Part shown: positions 39,446 through 50,737 of the stretch, one piece after another
Position numbering within the stretch: the first letter of the stretch is position 1
Layout: each line of letters starts with the position of its first letter
Assembly: GCA_963824495.1 (NCBI GenBank)
Contig: CAWGPQ010000017.1
Location: 74,246 to 138,245 of the forward strand
Reading direction: 5' to 3'
DNA from: an uncultured bacterium
GTDB taxonomy: Bacteria > Babelota > Babeliae > Babelales > Babelaceae
DNA length: 64,000 bases
Program-made: the position numbers and the translations under genes
The notes under the pieces: model-generated
The model's database searches: none
The model's input: only the letters and a program-made list of their open reading frames with translations
Told to the model about the DNA's origin: nothing

Positions 39446-40096
39446 ATGACAAAAATAATCGATATTAGTTGGCCTATAACCACCACTATGACCACATATA
39501 AAAATCGTGACGACGTTGTTCTTAGGCAAACCAAAACATGGGAGACAGACCAAGCGCGTGAATCAACTATATGCCTCGGAACACATACCGGCACTCATGT
39601 TGATGCACCGGCACATTTTATAGAATATGGGAAAACCATTGATGCTTGTGATCTATCGCAGCTCCGTGGCCCGTGCATTGTACTTGACCTTACGCGTAGT
39701 AAAGAGAGCATAAGCGCGTCTGATATTAAAATTGCACTTCGGCCCTATCGTGATAACAAAATACTTAGCGCAGGCTTTAGAATTCTTTTTAAGACACGCA
39801 ATAGCTTACTTGAGCCAACTGTGTTATTTGATCAAAGCTTTGTTTATCTAACAGCTTCGGGTGCTGAATATTGTGCACAAATAGGTGCTGTAGCTGTGGG
39901 CATAGATTACTTGGGTATTGAACGCAATCAGCCTGCGCACGAAACACATATTCTGCTACTAAGTCACAATATTCTTATTATTGAAGGCTTGCGCCTTGGG
40001 CATGTTCAACCTGGTATATACGTGCTTTTTTGCTTGCCGTTGTTGATAGTAGGCGGCGATGCAGCTCCAGCACGTGCTGCATTAGCTTTTGAATAA
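39446..40096 (+). CDS. Cyclase family metal-dependent hydrolase (kynurenine formamidase-like)
   Basis: HTGTHVDAPAH, GIDY, IIEGL, DAAPARA. Confidence 0.9.
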   Translation: MTKIIDISWPITTTMTTYKNRDDVVLRQTKTWETDQARESTICLGTHTGTHVDAPAHFIEYGKTIDACDLSQLRGPCIVLDLTRSKESISASDIKIALRPYRDNKILSAGFRILFKTRNSLLEPTVLFDQSFVYLTASGAEYCAQIGAVAVGIDYLGIERNQPAHETHILLLSHNILIIEGLRLGHVQPGIYVLFCLPLLIVGGDAAPARAALAFE

Positions 40097-40303
40097 CCAA
40101 CACCGTCCTCTCTATTATGCTTATTTTATCTTTGACAATCAACATAAATCAAGCATCGTATTACTTATGTTTAACTATCTCGCTGTATCTCTCAAATTAA
40201 GCTTTTTTAGTATATACTTATCACATTGATTAAAAATACAATCAGCAAATGTTGCTGTTTTACGATACAATAGCCCAGCTAAAGATATATTTAGGAATAT
40301 ATA

Positions 40304-41498
40304 ATGAGTAATTACAAAATAGTGTTAGCTATTTGCGTTGTCTTTCTTTCGAGTACAGCGCAGCTTAATAGCATGAACCTTGATTACCAGCAGTTTCTTA
40401 ATAAGCAGTTATTATCGGCGGCAAAATCAGGCTATAAAGATAGCACCATCTCATTACTAGAGCAGGGTGCTAACGTTAATCATGCCAATGATTTTGGCCA
40501 GACCGCTCTTATCAATGCAGCTATAGGGGGTCATGCGGATATCGTTAGGTTGCTTATAGAGCACGGTGCTGATGTTAATCGTGCTAATAAGTGGTGCACT
40601 ACTGCTCTTACAGTGGCAGCTAGAGACGGGCATACAAATGTAGTTAGGACGCTTATAGATCATGGTGCTCATGTTAATCATGCTGATAATGATGGCTTGA
40701 CTGCTCTTATTGCTGCAAGTGAGCATGGACATACAGATATAGTTAGAATGCTTTTAGAGCATGACGCCTTTGTTAATCATGCCAATAATAATGGTGATAC
40801 CGCTCTTACAACTGCAACCAATAGTGGTCACATTGAAACGATTAAAGAGCTTATAGACCTTGGGGTTCACGTTGATCATATTTCTAAGAATGACAAAACT
40901 GCGCTTATGATTGCTGCAACTCAGGGACATATCCAAGTAGTTAGAATGCTTATGGAAGCTGGCGCTAACCTTAATTATACTAACAATAATGGCTATACTG
41001 CTCTTATGTGGGCGGCTAATAGAGGGCGTGCAGAGTATGCAAGATGAACAAGGCAATACGCCATTACATTATGCAGCACGTAATGGTAATGATGGTATTA
41101 TTGGATTATTGCTCGATCGTAATGCCCAGGTTAACAGTAAGAATAATCAAAAGAACGCGCCATTGCATCTAGCTGCTCAAGCTGGTACTATAGCAGTGGT
41201 TAAGCGGCTCATGAAAGCTGGTGCTTGTGTTACTGCCCCTAATAGCCAAGCATATACTGCATGGGGCGTTGCCCTAAGGCACAATCATAACAAACTAGCA
41301 AATTTTATTAATCGCCATGCTGTTCAAGCTACGTTGAGATTGGTATCTAAACAAGGAGGTCTGGGAAAACTTGGCACATTCTATACAGGTACTCAAGAAG
41401 ACGCCCAAGCTTTAGGCATAACAGTCGATGGCTCACTTCCTCCGGAAACTACGGCACATATTATCGGTTATGCTAGTACTCCAGGATTATCTTATTAG
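40304..41498 (+). pseudogene. Exported ankyrin-repeat / F-box-like gene split by an internal frameshifting deletion
   Basis: ORF 40304-41047 stops mid-repeat (WAANRGRAE); ankyrin repeats resume in another frame (QDEQGNTPLHY) and end LPPETTAHIIGYA. Confidence 0.8.
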
Positions 41499-41562
41499 CT
41501 TGGTGCATGCTAACTCTAGCTCTACTCGTAGAGCTAACCGTTCAATCAAGATAACATTCTAA

Positions 41563-42911
41563 TTAACGAGCTAATGTATAGACTGCATAGGGATCCTTTG
41601 GAGGCGTTGCGATTCTGTGAACAACACCCTTATCTAAGAGTCGCTTGAGTCTTGTTCGTGCAGCTCGCGGAGAAATATTCCAAAATTCTGCAGCACTATG
41701 TGTGCTAATTTCTTTGTTTTTTTTGAGATACTTAATTGAAAGCTCTTCTCCCGGCCGTGCTCTACTTGGTTCTATCGGGATAGAATATAGAGTTAAGCGA
41801 AATTGATTATTAAGTTCTTCAAAGAACGGTTGCTTAAGTCCCCCACTCTTGACAAGCATATATAATACGTTGCAGGCCTGAACCCCATTGCTCAATAAGT
41901 TTAAGCTCCCGAAATACTCTTCCAAGCACACGATTACGCAAGCGTGAAGCACCACCAAGTGCAAGCTCTAACGTCAAGCCAAAAGGAAGTCCGCCGGGGT
42001 TGGTTATCTCAATACGACTGTCAAAAATAGCAATGCTAATAGCAATACCTTTTATGGCATAATCAGCGTGAACGATAGCGTTAATAACAGCTTCTCGCAA
42101 TGCAACTGGCGGATATTCAGGTATATCTCTTCTTTTTACACGTCCTATTATACTAGAAGTATAGGTATGTCGCTCAATAAAGGTAATTGCTTGTCCTACC
42201 GGATCTGGCAAGTATGCAGTAATGTCTTGTTGATCAAGAATCGTCTCTTTAGTTTTACCTGCAAAACGAGCACAGCGTATAACTGAATCAGGAAAAAGCT
42301 CGAAGCGATTTTTGCCAAAAAGAAGTATACCTCCATATGTTGGGTAACTTTTTCCAAACTTATGAGTAAGCAAGCCTAACGTTTCACCTTTACTAGCGTT
42401 GATTTCTTTACCAACTTCTAAAGAGCTCCTGTACAAAGTCCCATTCTAGCACATCTTGAGGACCTTGAAGACAAGGCATTTCATCAAACGATATATTTTT
42501 TGCAAAAAGCCGCAACATCTCAACCATTTCGATGTCGGCAGTTCGATTAGTAGAACCGAATCTAACATATATTCCTTTTTCAAGACCGGTAGCCTTGAGA
42601 TAATAAGGTCCCGCGCCATGAGCCACTCGGAGAATAATAAGCTCTCTTTTTCGATAGGTGTGTATCTCAATATCGGGTATAAGCAAAGGAGATATAGCGT
42701 CAGCAATACTATTGGCAAGACGCTCTTCTTCTAGCAAAACGTTTTCTAGACCAACAACTTTTTTTGTTGCGTCCTCAACACCGATAACAATAATTCCTCC
42801 CGCAGTATTTGCAAAAGCAATTACGGTCTTAATAATACTCGCCAGAGACTTGGTGTTTTCCTTAAACTCTAAGGTCTTTCCCTCGTTTTGCCCCAAGATT
42901 TCTTCGATCAT
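41563..42911 (-). pseudogene. Schlafen/AlbA_2 + RecG-like C-terminal (HATPase_c_4) + HTH gene in three fragments
   Basis: EGKTLEFK, AFANTAGGIIVIGV; REAVINAIVHADY, NPGG, IEQWGSG; C-terminal wHTH; frameshifts near 42430 and 41840. Confidence 0.85.
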
Positions 42912-43000
42912 ATCTATGATTCCTCAGGAAAATGGTCGTCTACTAGGAATTTAACACGGAAGATGATCGGAAGTCAAAAGCTTCCTAGTTACTTTGAAAA

Positions 43001-44008
43001 TCAATTGTGCATAAAACTTGCAATACGTCGTGCTATTTCTTCAGGCAAGCCATAAGCTCCCACTATCCCGTAGCGAGAAATAGTAGAGCGGTTGGTGTAA
43101 AGGCCAAGATGCTTAACAAGCATATGCCCTACAGTTTTATATGCTTCTTGCTTGTCAGCCTTTTCTTGATTGTTTGTCCATTGTTGCCAAGCCACCTGCA
43201 AGTAGTTTCCATCTACAATGATTCCAGAGGTAGATAAAAATATACGAACAAGTTCTACTATGTTACGTTTGTCTGCCTTAATAGCTAACAAAAGGGGAGT
43301 TTGGTCTACCTTATTTTTGCAATTAATCTGGGCACCGCGCCGCAATAAAAGATGCACGGTGTCTAAATTATGCCAACCAGCACAATGCAGAGGAGTTGCT
43401 CCAGTTTTGCTTTGGGCATGTATATCAGCACCCTGATCAAGCAATAGCTCAACAATTGGGAAGTTATCACATAACGCAGCGCTATGGAGAGGTGTTTCAC
43501 CGTGCTCATTTTGAAGAGTCACGTTAGGCACAGTAGTCAAAAGAAGTTCCATAAGCTCTCTGCTCGGTTCGGCTGCAGCGGCATGAAGTGGTGTATTGGA
43601 AAAAGTAAATTCGCTTACTTTAGCATAAGCATCAGCCCCATACCCTAATAAAAGCCGTACGATCTCGATGTTGTTGTCTTTAGATTGCTGCTTGTAGCCT
43701 TTGATGGCCCAGTAAAGAGGTGTGCCTCCTGTAGCCCCTGCTCTTACTGTAGCATCAGCACCTTTTTCTAGAAAAAGCTTTACCAGCGCAACATGACCAC
43801 TATAAGCTGCTCGATGCAGCGGCAGCATATCCCATTTATCTGGTGCAGTATTAAGTTGGGCACCCCGGTCGAGGGCTTGCTCCGCCTGAACTCTATCACC
43901 ACTATATAGCGCATTAAGAAGTTGTTGGTCAGGGTTCATACCATAACTGGGCAACACTGTTATAATAAAGCTTACTGTAAGGGTTATAGAAAAATATACA
44001 CAGCGCAT
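43001..44008 (-). CDS. Exported ankyrin-repeat protein with C-terminal F-box-like motif
   Basis: Signal ends SYG; about 6 ankyrin repeats; LPEEIARRIASFM. Confidence 0.9.
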   Translation of the reverse strand: MRCVYFSITLTVSFIITVLPSYGMNPDQQLLNALYSGDRVQAEQALDRGAQLNTAPDKWDMLPLHRAAYSGHVALVKLFLEKGADATVRAGATGGTPLYWAIKGYKQQSKDNNIEIVRLLLGYGADAYAKVSEFTFSNTPLHAAAAEPSRELMELLLTTVPNVTLQNEHGETPLHSAALCDNFPIVELLLDQGADIHAQSKTGATPLHCAGWHNLDTVHLLLRRGAQINCKNKVDQTPLLLAIKADKRNIVELVRIFLSTSGIIVDGNYLQVAWQQWTNNQEKADKQEAYKTVGHMLVKHLGLYTNRSTISRYGIVGAYGLPEEIARRIASFMHN

Positions 44009-44197
44009 GTATGAGATCCTTAAAAGCAGAGATGTTTTGAGTAGATTTTAGTTAGGGCTGTACAATTAGTATACCTATTATTTTAGTGCTTAATGATTAA
44101 AAAGGGGCAATTTTATACTCGAAATGGCTAAAGTCTTTTAATAAATATTTACTCTTATACATAAATTTTAATAAACTAATATAGTGAGCCTACTGCT

Positions 44198-44533
44198 ATG
44201 TCAATCAACGATATTGATGTCAATTGGCTTATGACTAGATTGGACTCATTAATAAAGAAGGGTTGGATACCACAAAAAGAAGGCGATGCCCTACGTAATC
44301 GTATAGAGAAAGTAATAACCCAATTATCTACAATAAGCAAGAAGGCTCCTGTTAGTTTTAAGTTTTACGCTCTGGAATTTAAAAATGCATCACCAACTGA
44401 CATCCAAAAGCGCGAGCAACTTAAAGCTCTCTATAATCAGCTGCCCACAGATACGGCTATGCAGCAAACGCTCAAAGAGAAGGCACGGGAGAAATTTATA
44501 GAAAAATTTAATAGTGATCCTGAAAAAGAATAA
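44198..44533 (+). CDS. Hypothetical helical protein
   Basis: 111-aa ORF in an otherwise empty interval. Confidence 0.55.
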   Translation: MSINDIDVNWLMTRLDSLIKKGWIPQKEGDALRNRIEKVITQLSTISKKAPVSFKFYALEFKNASPTDIQKREQLKALYNQLPTDTAMQQTLKEKAREKFIEKFNSDPEKE

Positions 44534-44575
44534 CATCAAACTGATTCAGGACCACTATATTTTTGTTTGATGTGA

Positions 44576-46102
44576 CTATGTTGACCTAAATGGATTATGA
44601 TAATCTTCAACAGAAGCACATATGCCACGTGTTATCCAATCTTTAAATTCTCTATTCATATCGGCACTGTTGCTTGCCACAAAGCGTGTAATTTGAGGAC
44701 ACAAGGCTCCCGTTTTTGCTTGATATGACTGAGTTGGCTTAAATGGATTGTGATAATCCTCAGCAGAAACACATATGCCCCGTGCCTCCCATTCTTTAAA
44801 TTCTTTATTTACATCGACACCGTTGCTTGCCAAAAAGCCGATCGTGTACAAGGCACGGTTAAAGGGTGATGGATGGTCATATCCAGGATCAAAAGTGGCA
44901 TCATCAGCACTTTTAGTATCTTCAGTTGCCCACTGGTTAATCATAAATAAAATTGCATCTATCTGTCTGAGCTCAAAAAGCTTTTTAAGAGCAAAGAGAT
45001 CAGCACGAGATTCTTGCTTTCTCGCGTACTCGCGTCTGCCGAAGTTTTCGGGCAAAGACCATAGCGTAGGATTAGAATCTAAAATTTTAATAATAGAGCT
45101 GCCCAAGGATGTAGAATCATCAACTACCCGTTTACCTACCTCTAGGTAGTGCTTAATCTCATGTATATCCGCTTTGAATTCCGGTCGATTAGAAGCATCA
45201 TCAATAGAGAGCTTTCCCGACACAATGAGCTGCTGTGTCCAGGGATCGTGATGTATAAGATGTCCCATTTCATGATACAAGGTAAATAATGTTTCATAAC
45301 AATCTTTGTATTCTAAAAGTAGAAGAGCAGCTAATGTCTTAATCGGAGTATTTATGCAGCCTGAGCCTAATGAATCTTCATCCTCATCTGCACGTGCAAA
45401 AACAAGTTTTATGTTAAGCTTAAGTAGGTTTTTTACTTGATTAACAAGTTCAATCTGTGCAAATGTTGGGGGGGTAGCACCATAGCCACCCATGAGCCAC
45501 CAACGAACAAAATCGATACAAGCAGAATCAAGCCAGCTTTTATCGATAGCAGTGATTGATTCAGCCAAAGGCATATGTAAAGCTTCTCTTAAAAAATTAT
45601 AAGCATGCAAAAGCTCAGTCTGTTCAATTAAACTGTTAGAAGGATGTTTTGTCTCTGTGTCTAGCACGTCATAGATATTCTGAGCTATATGTGGATACTG
45701 GCTAATAGGATGATACATTCCTTTTTTGGCAAAAAGAAACTTTGTTATTTTTTTCCAGGCTGAATAACCCACCTTGTCTAACAATTCTCTGTTAATATCG
45801 CTTATTGATGTAGCTGTTTGTGGTATTGTTTTAGGAGAATATTGAGCTAAAAGTTCAAGTAAAAAATTGTAATAGTTGACCACTCGTTCTTGATACAATG
45901 GATCTTGAGGACTAGTTTCAAGTTTATTGAAGGTGACAGCTATTTGGTCCACCATCACTTTTGCTACCACGGTATTTTCAAGCGTCATGTCAGGAGGTAA
46001 TGTTTGGTGTGCGTTTCCATAAGTAGTTAATGGATAGAGAATGCTTAATATAACAAAAACATATGTGTATAAGTTTATGGCTGAAAATGGCTTTTTCATC
46101 AT
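44576..46102 (-). CDS. Exported zincin metalloprotease-like protein (M48-like motifs)
   Basis: HEMGH, ESRADLFA, HPSPFNR; signal peptide. Confidence 0.75.
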   Translation of the reverse strand: MMKKPFSAINLYTYVFVILSILYPLTTYGNAHQTLPPDMTLENTVVAKVMVDQIAVTFNKLETSPQDPLYQERVVNYYNFLLELLAQYSPKTIPQTATSISDINRELLDKVGYSAWKKITKFLFAKKGMYHPISQYPHIAQNIYDVLDTETKHPSNSLIEQTELLHAYNFLREALHMPLAESITAIDKSWLDSACIDFVRWWLMGGYGATPPTFAQIELVNQVKNLLKLNIKLVFARADEDEDSLGSGCINTPIKTLAALLLLEYKDCYETLFTLYHEMGHLIHHDPWTQQLIVSGKLSIDDASNRPEFKADIHEIKHYLEVGKRVVDDSTSLGSSIIKILDSNPTLWSLPENFGRREYARKQESRADLFALKKLFELRQIDAILFMINQWATEDTKSADDATFDPGYDHPSPFNRALYTIGFLASNGVDVNKEFKEWEARGICVSAEDYHNPFKPTQSYQAKTGALCPQITRFVASNSADMNREFKDWITRGICASVEDYHNPFRST

Positions 46103-46199
46103 GAGTATCCTTAATGGAATAGTATTAATAACTATATAATAGAAAATTAGTATTTGCGTTATGTGCGCCTAGATCTGCAAAACCCCTGTTTAATAAGCG

Positions 46200-47024
46200 C
46201 TAAGGTAACGTCGTGTTATACAAGTAAGATGATTGATCGAAAACGTAATCACTCGTTGTTGGCATGCATTTTCCTTGCTCTTCAAATTTTTTAAACAGAG
46301 CATTGATATCAATACCCTTGTCTACGAGAAAACCTGCTATATATAACGCTCGTTCAAAGTATGAAGGATGTTGGCTGCGTTCGCGAGCTACAATGTAATC
46401 TGATTTACTATACTGTTCGATAACAGTAAGAATCGTTACAAGTTGGTTTTGTTCCCATAGTTTTTGCAGGGAAAAAAGATCTGCCCGTTGCTCAATTCCT
46501 CTAAGAGCAATCATGAGCTTGTAATCAAGTAATCTCTTTGGCTTATTCCAAAAGATCTCATGGGTCGACAAAACATGATTAATGAGCTTACCGGTATCGG
46601 TACTGCAGTCAAAGGCTGTTTTTCCAAGCTCAGTATAGCGTTTGATGGTCTTAAGATCGGTTGCAAATGAAACATCATTGAGCCAGCCGAGAATTGCGCT
46701 ATCCTCATCGTCACGGTGCAAATCTCCATTAACTAGATGTCCCATCTCATGATAAATAATACTCCGTAATATTTCCAAATCAGGTATATCTGAACATACT
46801 GCTATTTTTGAAGGAGAACGTGCTGTTGCATTGTCGGTGCATTGCAAAGCTTCGGGTACAGCATAGACGTTATATGAATAGCGTGCGGCCTTCCGAGCTT
46901 CGTTGATCATTGCTTGTACTACTGTTCCATATAAACCACGCAAGCTGGAGGCTGAAGCGGTGCCCACAGCAAATAGAGCACAACCTATTGCCACTGCTAA
47001 AAAAGAGTTTTTGTATAAGCCCAT
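46200..47024 (-). CDS. Exported zincin metalloprotease-like protein, tandem paralog
   Basis: HEMGH, EQRADLFS, HPSYFER; signal ends ASA. Confidence 0.75.
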   Translation of the reverse strand: MGLYKNSFLAVAIGCALFAVGTASASSLRGLYGTVVQAMINEARKAARYSYNVYAVPEALQCTDNATARSPSKIAVCSDIPDLEILRSIIYHEMGHLVNGDLHRDDEDSAILGWLNDVSFATDLKTIKRYTELGKTAFDCSTDTGKLINHVLSTHEIFWNKPKRLLDYKLMIALRGIEQRADLFSLQKLWEQNQLVTILTVIEQYSKSDYIVARERSQHPSYFERALYIAGFLVDKGIDINALFKKFEEQGKCMPTTSDYVFDQSSYLYNTTLP

Positions 47025-47250
47025 TGAAAATCCTACCTTACTTTAAATTTATTTTATTCATAATATAGCCTTATTTTAAAATAATATCATTATAAGAGAA
47101 TATGTCAAAACGGGACATAATAGTTTTGGGCAATTTAATGCGCAAAACTTACATCGAGTGCATTTTGACAAAGCAGGCCTATGGTAAAATAAGCTTTTTT
47201 GTGTGCTAAAAGTTGAACGACACGGTATGAATAAAGCTTTAATACTAACG

Positions 47251-48600
47251 CTACTGGTCTCCTGAAAAAAGCGTGAGCAGCTCATAGACCGTGTGAAATT
47301 GCTTTACCGTGCACGGAGTTCGATCAATTTTTTGATTTTTAGCAATATAGAGATGCTCAATGCCAAACTTCTCGATTTCAGAAAGATGTAAACCCATGTG
47401 ATTAATTGGCTTGATATGGCCCGTTAAGCTAATTTCTCCTACAGCGATAGATTTTGATTGAAGCGGTTGCTGAAAGTAACTTGATAGGAGTGCAAGAGCT
47501 ATGCCCAAGTCAGCTACGCTTCCCTTGATCTTAAAGCTGCCACTAATTTTAAAGAAAATATCGTGAGCGCTTAGCTTAACATGAAGATATTTTTCTAAAA
47601 TTGCTGCTATAAGCACTACTTGTGTTTGATCAATACCTGAAATAACACGCTGTGGCATACCAAATTTAGATGTGATAGTGAGAGATTGGAGCTCAATAAG
47701 CAGCGGCCGTGAGCCTTCGATATAACTAATCAAAGCAGATCCTGGCGCATGCGTTACTTCTTCAAGTAAATGCTGATTAATATTAGGCACCTCGCGCAAG
47801 CCCTGCTCATGCATTTCAAAAAAACCAAGTTCGTTAATGGTACCAAATCGATTTTTGACGCTTCGTAAAATACGAGTTTGCCAACGATCTTCCCCTTGTA
47901 AATAAAATGCAGCGTCAACCATGTGCTCAAGGGTTTTAGGTCCGGCCATAAGTCCATCTTTAGTAATATGACCACTGACCAAAACAGCGCTCGTGTTTTC
48001 TTTGGCAAGGCGCATCAAGCGAAATGCTGATTCTTTAAGTTGCGCAATACTACCAGGAGTTATCTGACTATCGGAAATATAGCAATTTTGAAGCGAATCG
48101 ATAATGACCAGATCTGGCTTATGCTCATGAACTGTAACGATAATGTCATCTAGATTTGCTTGATCAGAAAAAAGCATAGGGGAATCAATACAGCCCAAAC
48201 GTTGTGCTCGTAGGGTAACCTGCTCAAGAGATTCTTCAGAAGAAAAATATAGCACACGATAATGCTCAGCAAGCTTATATGCTATGTGAAGCATAAGCGT
48301 TGATTTACCAATGCCAGGATCACCCGTCAAAATAATAAATGCTCCCGGCATAATACCACCACCGGTAACACGATCCCATTCTCTAATACCAGATACGAGG
48401 CGTTGCGCTGGCTTGATTTCAACATTAACCAAGTTAGTCATAGCAACACCAGATGAGTTTCTATGAGATGTACTGCGTGCTGGTGAAAACACATGCTCCT
48501 GCATGGTATTCCATTCTTTACATTCTGGACAACAACCAAGCCATTTGACCGTTCGGGCTTGGCAATTTGTGCAGGTATAAGATGTTGTAGCTTTGGCCAT
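47251..48600 (-). CDS. radA: DNA repair protein RadA/Sms
   Basis: N-terminal CxxC..CxxC, GDPGIGKST, IIDSLQ, KNRFG, EGSRP. Confidence 0.97.
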   Translation of the reverse strand: MAKATTSYTCTNCQARTVKWLGCCPECKEWNTMQEHVFSPARSTSHRNSSGVAMTNLVNVEIKPAQRLVSGIREWDRVTGGGIMPGAFIILTGDPGIGKSTLMLHIAYKLAEHYRVLYFSSEESLEQVTLRAQRLGCIDSPMLFSDQANLDDIIVTVHEHKPDLVIIDSLQNCYISDSQITPGSIAQLKESAFRLMRLAKENTSAVLVSGHITKDGLMAGPKTLEHMVDAAFYLQGEDRWQTRILRSVKNRFGTINELGFFEMHEQGLREVPNINQHLLEEVTHAPGSALISYIEGSRPLLIELQSLTITSKFGMPQRVISGIDQTQVVLIAAILEKYLHVKLSAHDIFFKISGSFKIKGSVADLGIALALLSSYFQQPLQSKSIAVGEISLTGHIKPINHMGLHLSEIEKFGIEHLYIAKNQKIDRTPCTVKQFHTVYELLTLFSGDQ

Positions 48601-48733
48601 AGTATGTTAAAAAGCTCAGTAACGAGAAACAACAAGAAACCATACCGTTTCTTCTTATAATAGCAAATTTTGCAATAAAAGTTTATACTTAATCTACAAG
48701 ACATGACCACATTATATAAGCCATAGATAAGCC

Positions 48734-50644
48734 ATGAGCATTGAGTATTCTATGCGTTTGGTTATAATTTTTTTTACGTTTCTTACTCTTATAAGTACAT
48801 TTTTACTAGGTGGGCTTTTTTTTGTTACCCATCAGCCATGGGTTGATTTTTCACCACTTGAGCACTATAACCCAGGCAAGCCATCAATTTTACTCGACGA
48901 TGAGGGTAATGAATGGGGTCGGTTTCAGATTGATCGGCGTGAACCTATCAGTATTCAGCACATGCCTGCTCATGTTATTAATGCTTTTATTGCTGCAGAA
49001 GATCATGCGTTTTTTTACCATAATGGCATATCATGGCGTGGAATACTAAGATCTCTTATAGTTAATATATATAACCGGCGTGTTGTGCAAGGCGCCAGCA
49101 CTATTACCCAGCAACTTGTAAAGTTATTATTTACCGATACGTTACGAACGTTTCAACGTAAGATTAAAGAGCAAGTATTAGCATGTAGTGTAGAGCAGCA
49201 TTTTACCAAACACCAAATTCTTGAGACCTATCTTAATCACGTATATTTTGGGTGTGGCATTTATGGAGTTGAAGCAGCAAGCCAACGCCTATGGGGTAAG
49301 CATGTTCAGGATATTACTATTGGGCAAGCAGCAACACTTGCTGCCATCGTTCGATGCCCCAATCATTACTGTCCTCTTATTGCACCAGAAAGGGCATATA
49401 AGCGGCGTAATTATGTTTTATCTTCTATGCTTAAGCTTGGGTTTATAACACAAGAAGACTATACCAACTTTAAACAAGAGCCCATTGGACAAACTGTACC
49501 TGAGGCTTCAAGTATAGCACCTCATCTACGCGAAACGTTGCGCATTTTCTTAGAAGATTTATTGGGTAGAAAGCAGCTTTATACTGAGGGATTTGTAATT
49601 CAAACTACGCTTAATTATGCAGCCCAAGAGGCCGCACAAAGAGCCTTTAAGCAACATGTCGATCAGATACGTTCTAAATTTTCACCTGACATTGATGGAG
49701 CTTTCATTGCCATCGAACCTAAAAGTGGTGCTATTAAAGCCCTTATTGGAGGTTACGATTTTAAAACCTCACAATTTAATCGCGCCTACGCTCGCCGTCA
49801 AATGGGCTCCATATTTAAGCCTATTATATATACCGTAGCGTTAGAGCAAGGTATATCGTTTACTGATACCGACATTGATGAGCCGTTCACGTTTGTTCAT
49901 AACAACCAACAATGGAGACCACGTAATGCAAATTCAAGATTTATAGGAAAAATAACACTTGCTCATGCACTTGCTACGTCAAATAATATTGTTGCTATTA
50001 AGACTCTGCTTCGTGTTGGTATCGATGCTGTTATTAAGCGTGCACAAGCATTTCACCTAACAGGTCCTTTAAACACATACCCATCACTTGCGCTAGGGTG
50101 TATTGAAGGTTCAGTGCTTGAAAGCGCTGCAATGTTTAATGTCTTCGTTAATAAGGGTGTTTACGTTGAGCCTCATATGCTCGTATGGATAAAAAATGCT
50201 TGGGGAGCAAAAATATGGAAATACAAGCCGGTACAAGAGCCCGTTGCTTCTTGGGCTATAACTAGCAAAATTATTAAAGTGCTCACTAATAAGCTCGATC
50301 GCCTCAAAAAACGGGCTCCCGGTGAATGGATTACCAGCGATTGTTGTGGAAAAACAGGAACAACTAATGATGCCCGTACCTGTTGGTTTACGGGTGCAAC
50401 GCCAGATTTAACAACAGCTCTCTATATGGGCTGCGATAACAATCAGCCTATAGGTAAACATTCAGCTCTCGGAGCTACTATTGCACTACCACTATGGCTT
50501 GAATTTAGCAGGTGCATACCCCAGCATATCCAACACTTTCCATATGATCCTTCGCTGAAGATGATTACTATTGATGCTTTTACGGGTGATCTTGCCAATC
50601 GCAGTACCACAAGTTCCCGCGAGCTTAACCTGCTGGTCTCATAG
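48734..50644 (+). CDS. Class A penicillin-binding protein (PBP1A family)
   Basis: EDHAF, GASTITQQ, RKIKE, YLN (GT51); SIFK, SNN, KTGT (transpeptidase). Confidence 0.93.
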   Translation: MSIEYSMRLVIIFFTFLTLISTFLLGGLFFVTHQPWVDFSPLEHYNPGKPSILLDDEGNEWGRFQIDRREPISIQHMPAHVINAFIAAEDHAFFYHNGISWRGILRSLIVNIYNRRVVQGASTITQQLVKLLFTDTLRTFQRKIKEQVLACSVEQHFTKHQILETYLNHVYFGCGIYGVEAASQRLWGKHVQDITIGQAATLAAIVRCPNHYCPLIAPERAYKRRNYVLSSMLKLGFITQEDYTNFKQEPIGQTVPEASSIAPHLRETLRIFLEDLLGRKQLYTEGFVIQTTLNYAAQEAAQRAFKQHVDQIRSKFSPDIDGAFIAIEPKSGAIKALIGGYDFKTSQFNRAYARRQMGSIFKPIIYTVALEQGISFTDTDIDEPFTFVHNNQQWRPRNANSRFIGKITLAHALATSNNIVAIKTLLRVGIDAVIKRAQAFHLTGPLNTYPSLALGCIEGSVLESAAMFNVFVNKGVYVEPHMLVWIKNAWGAKIWKYKPVQEPVASWAITSKIIKVLTNKLDRLKKRAPGEWITSDCCGKTGTTNDARTCWFTGATPDLTTALYMGCDNNQPIGKHSALGATIALPLWLEFSRCIPQHIQHFPYDPSLKMITIDAFTGDLANRSTTSSRELNLLVS

Positions 50645-50737
50645 TGATACTCTTGCGTTTTAGGTACCAAGCCCAGTAGGCTATGCTGAGTAGGATATAC
50701 CGGGCACTGTTACGCTGTTCATAAAGTGAGGTAGGGA

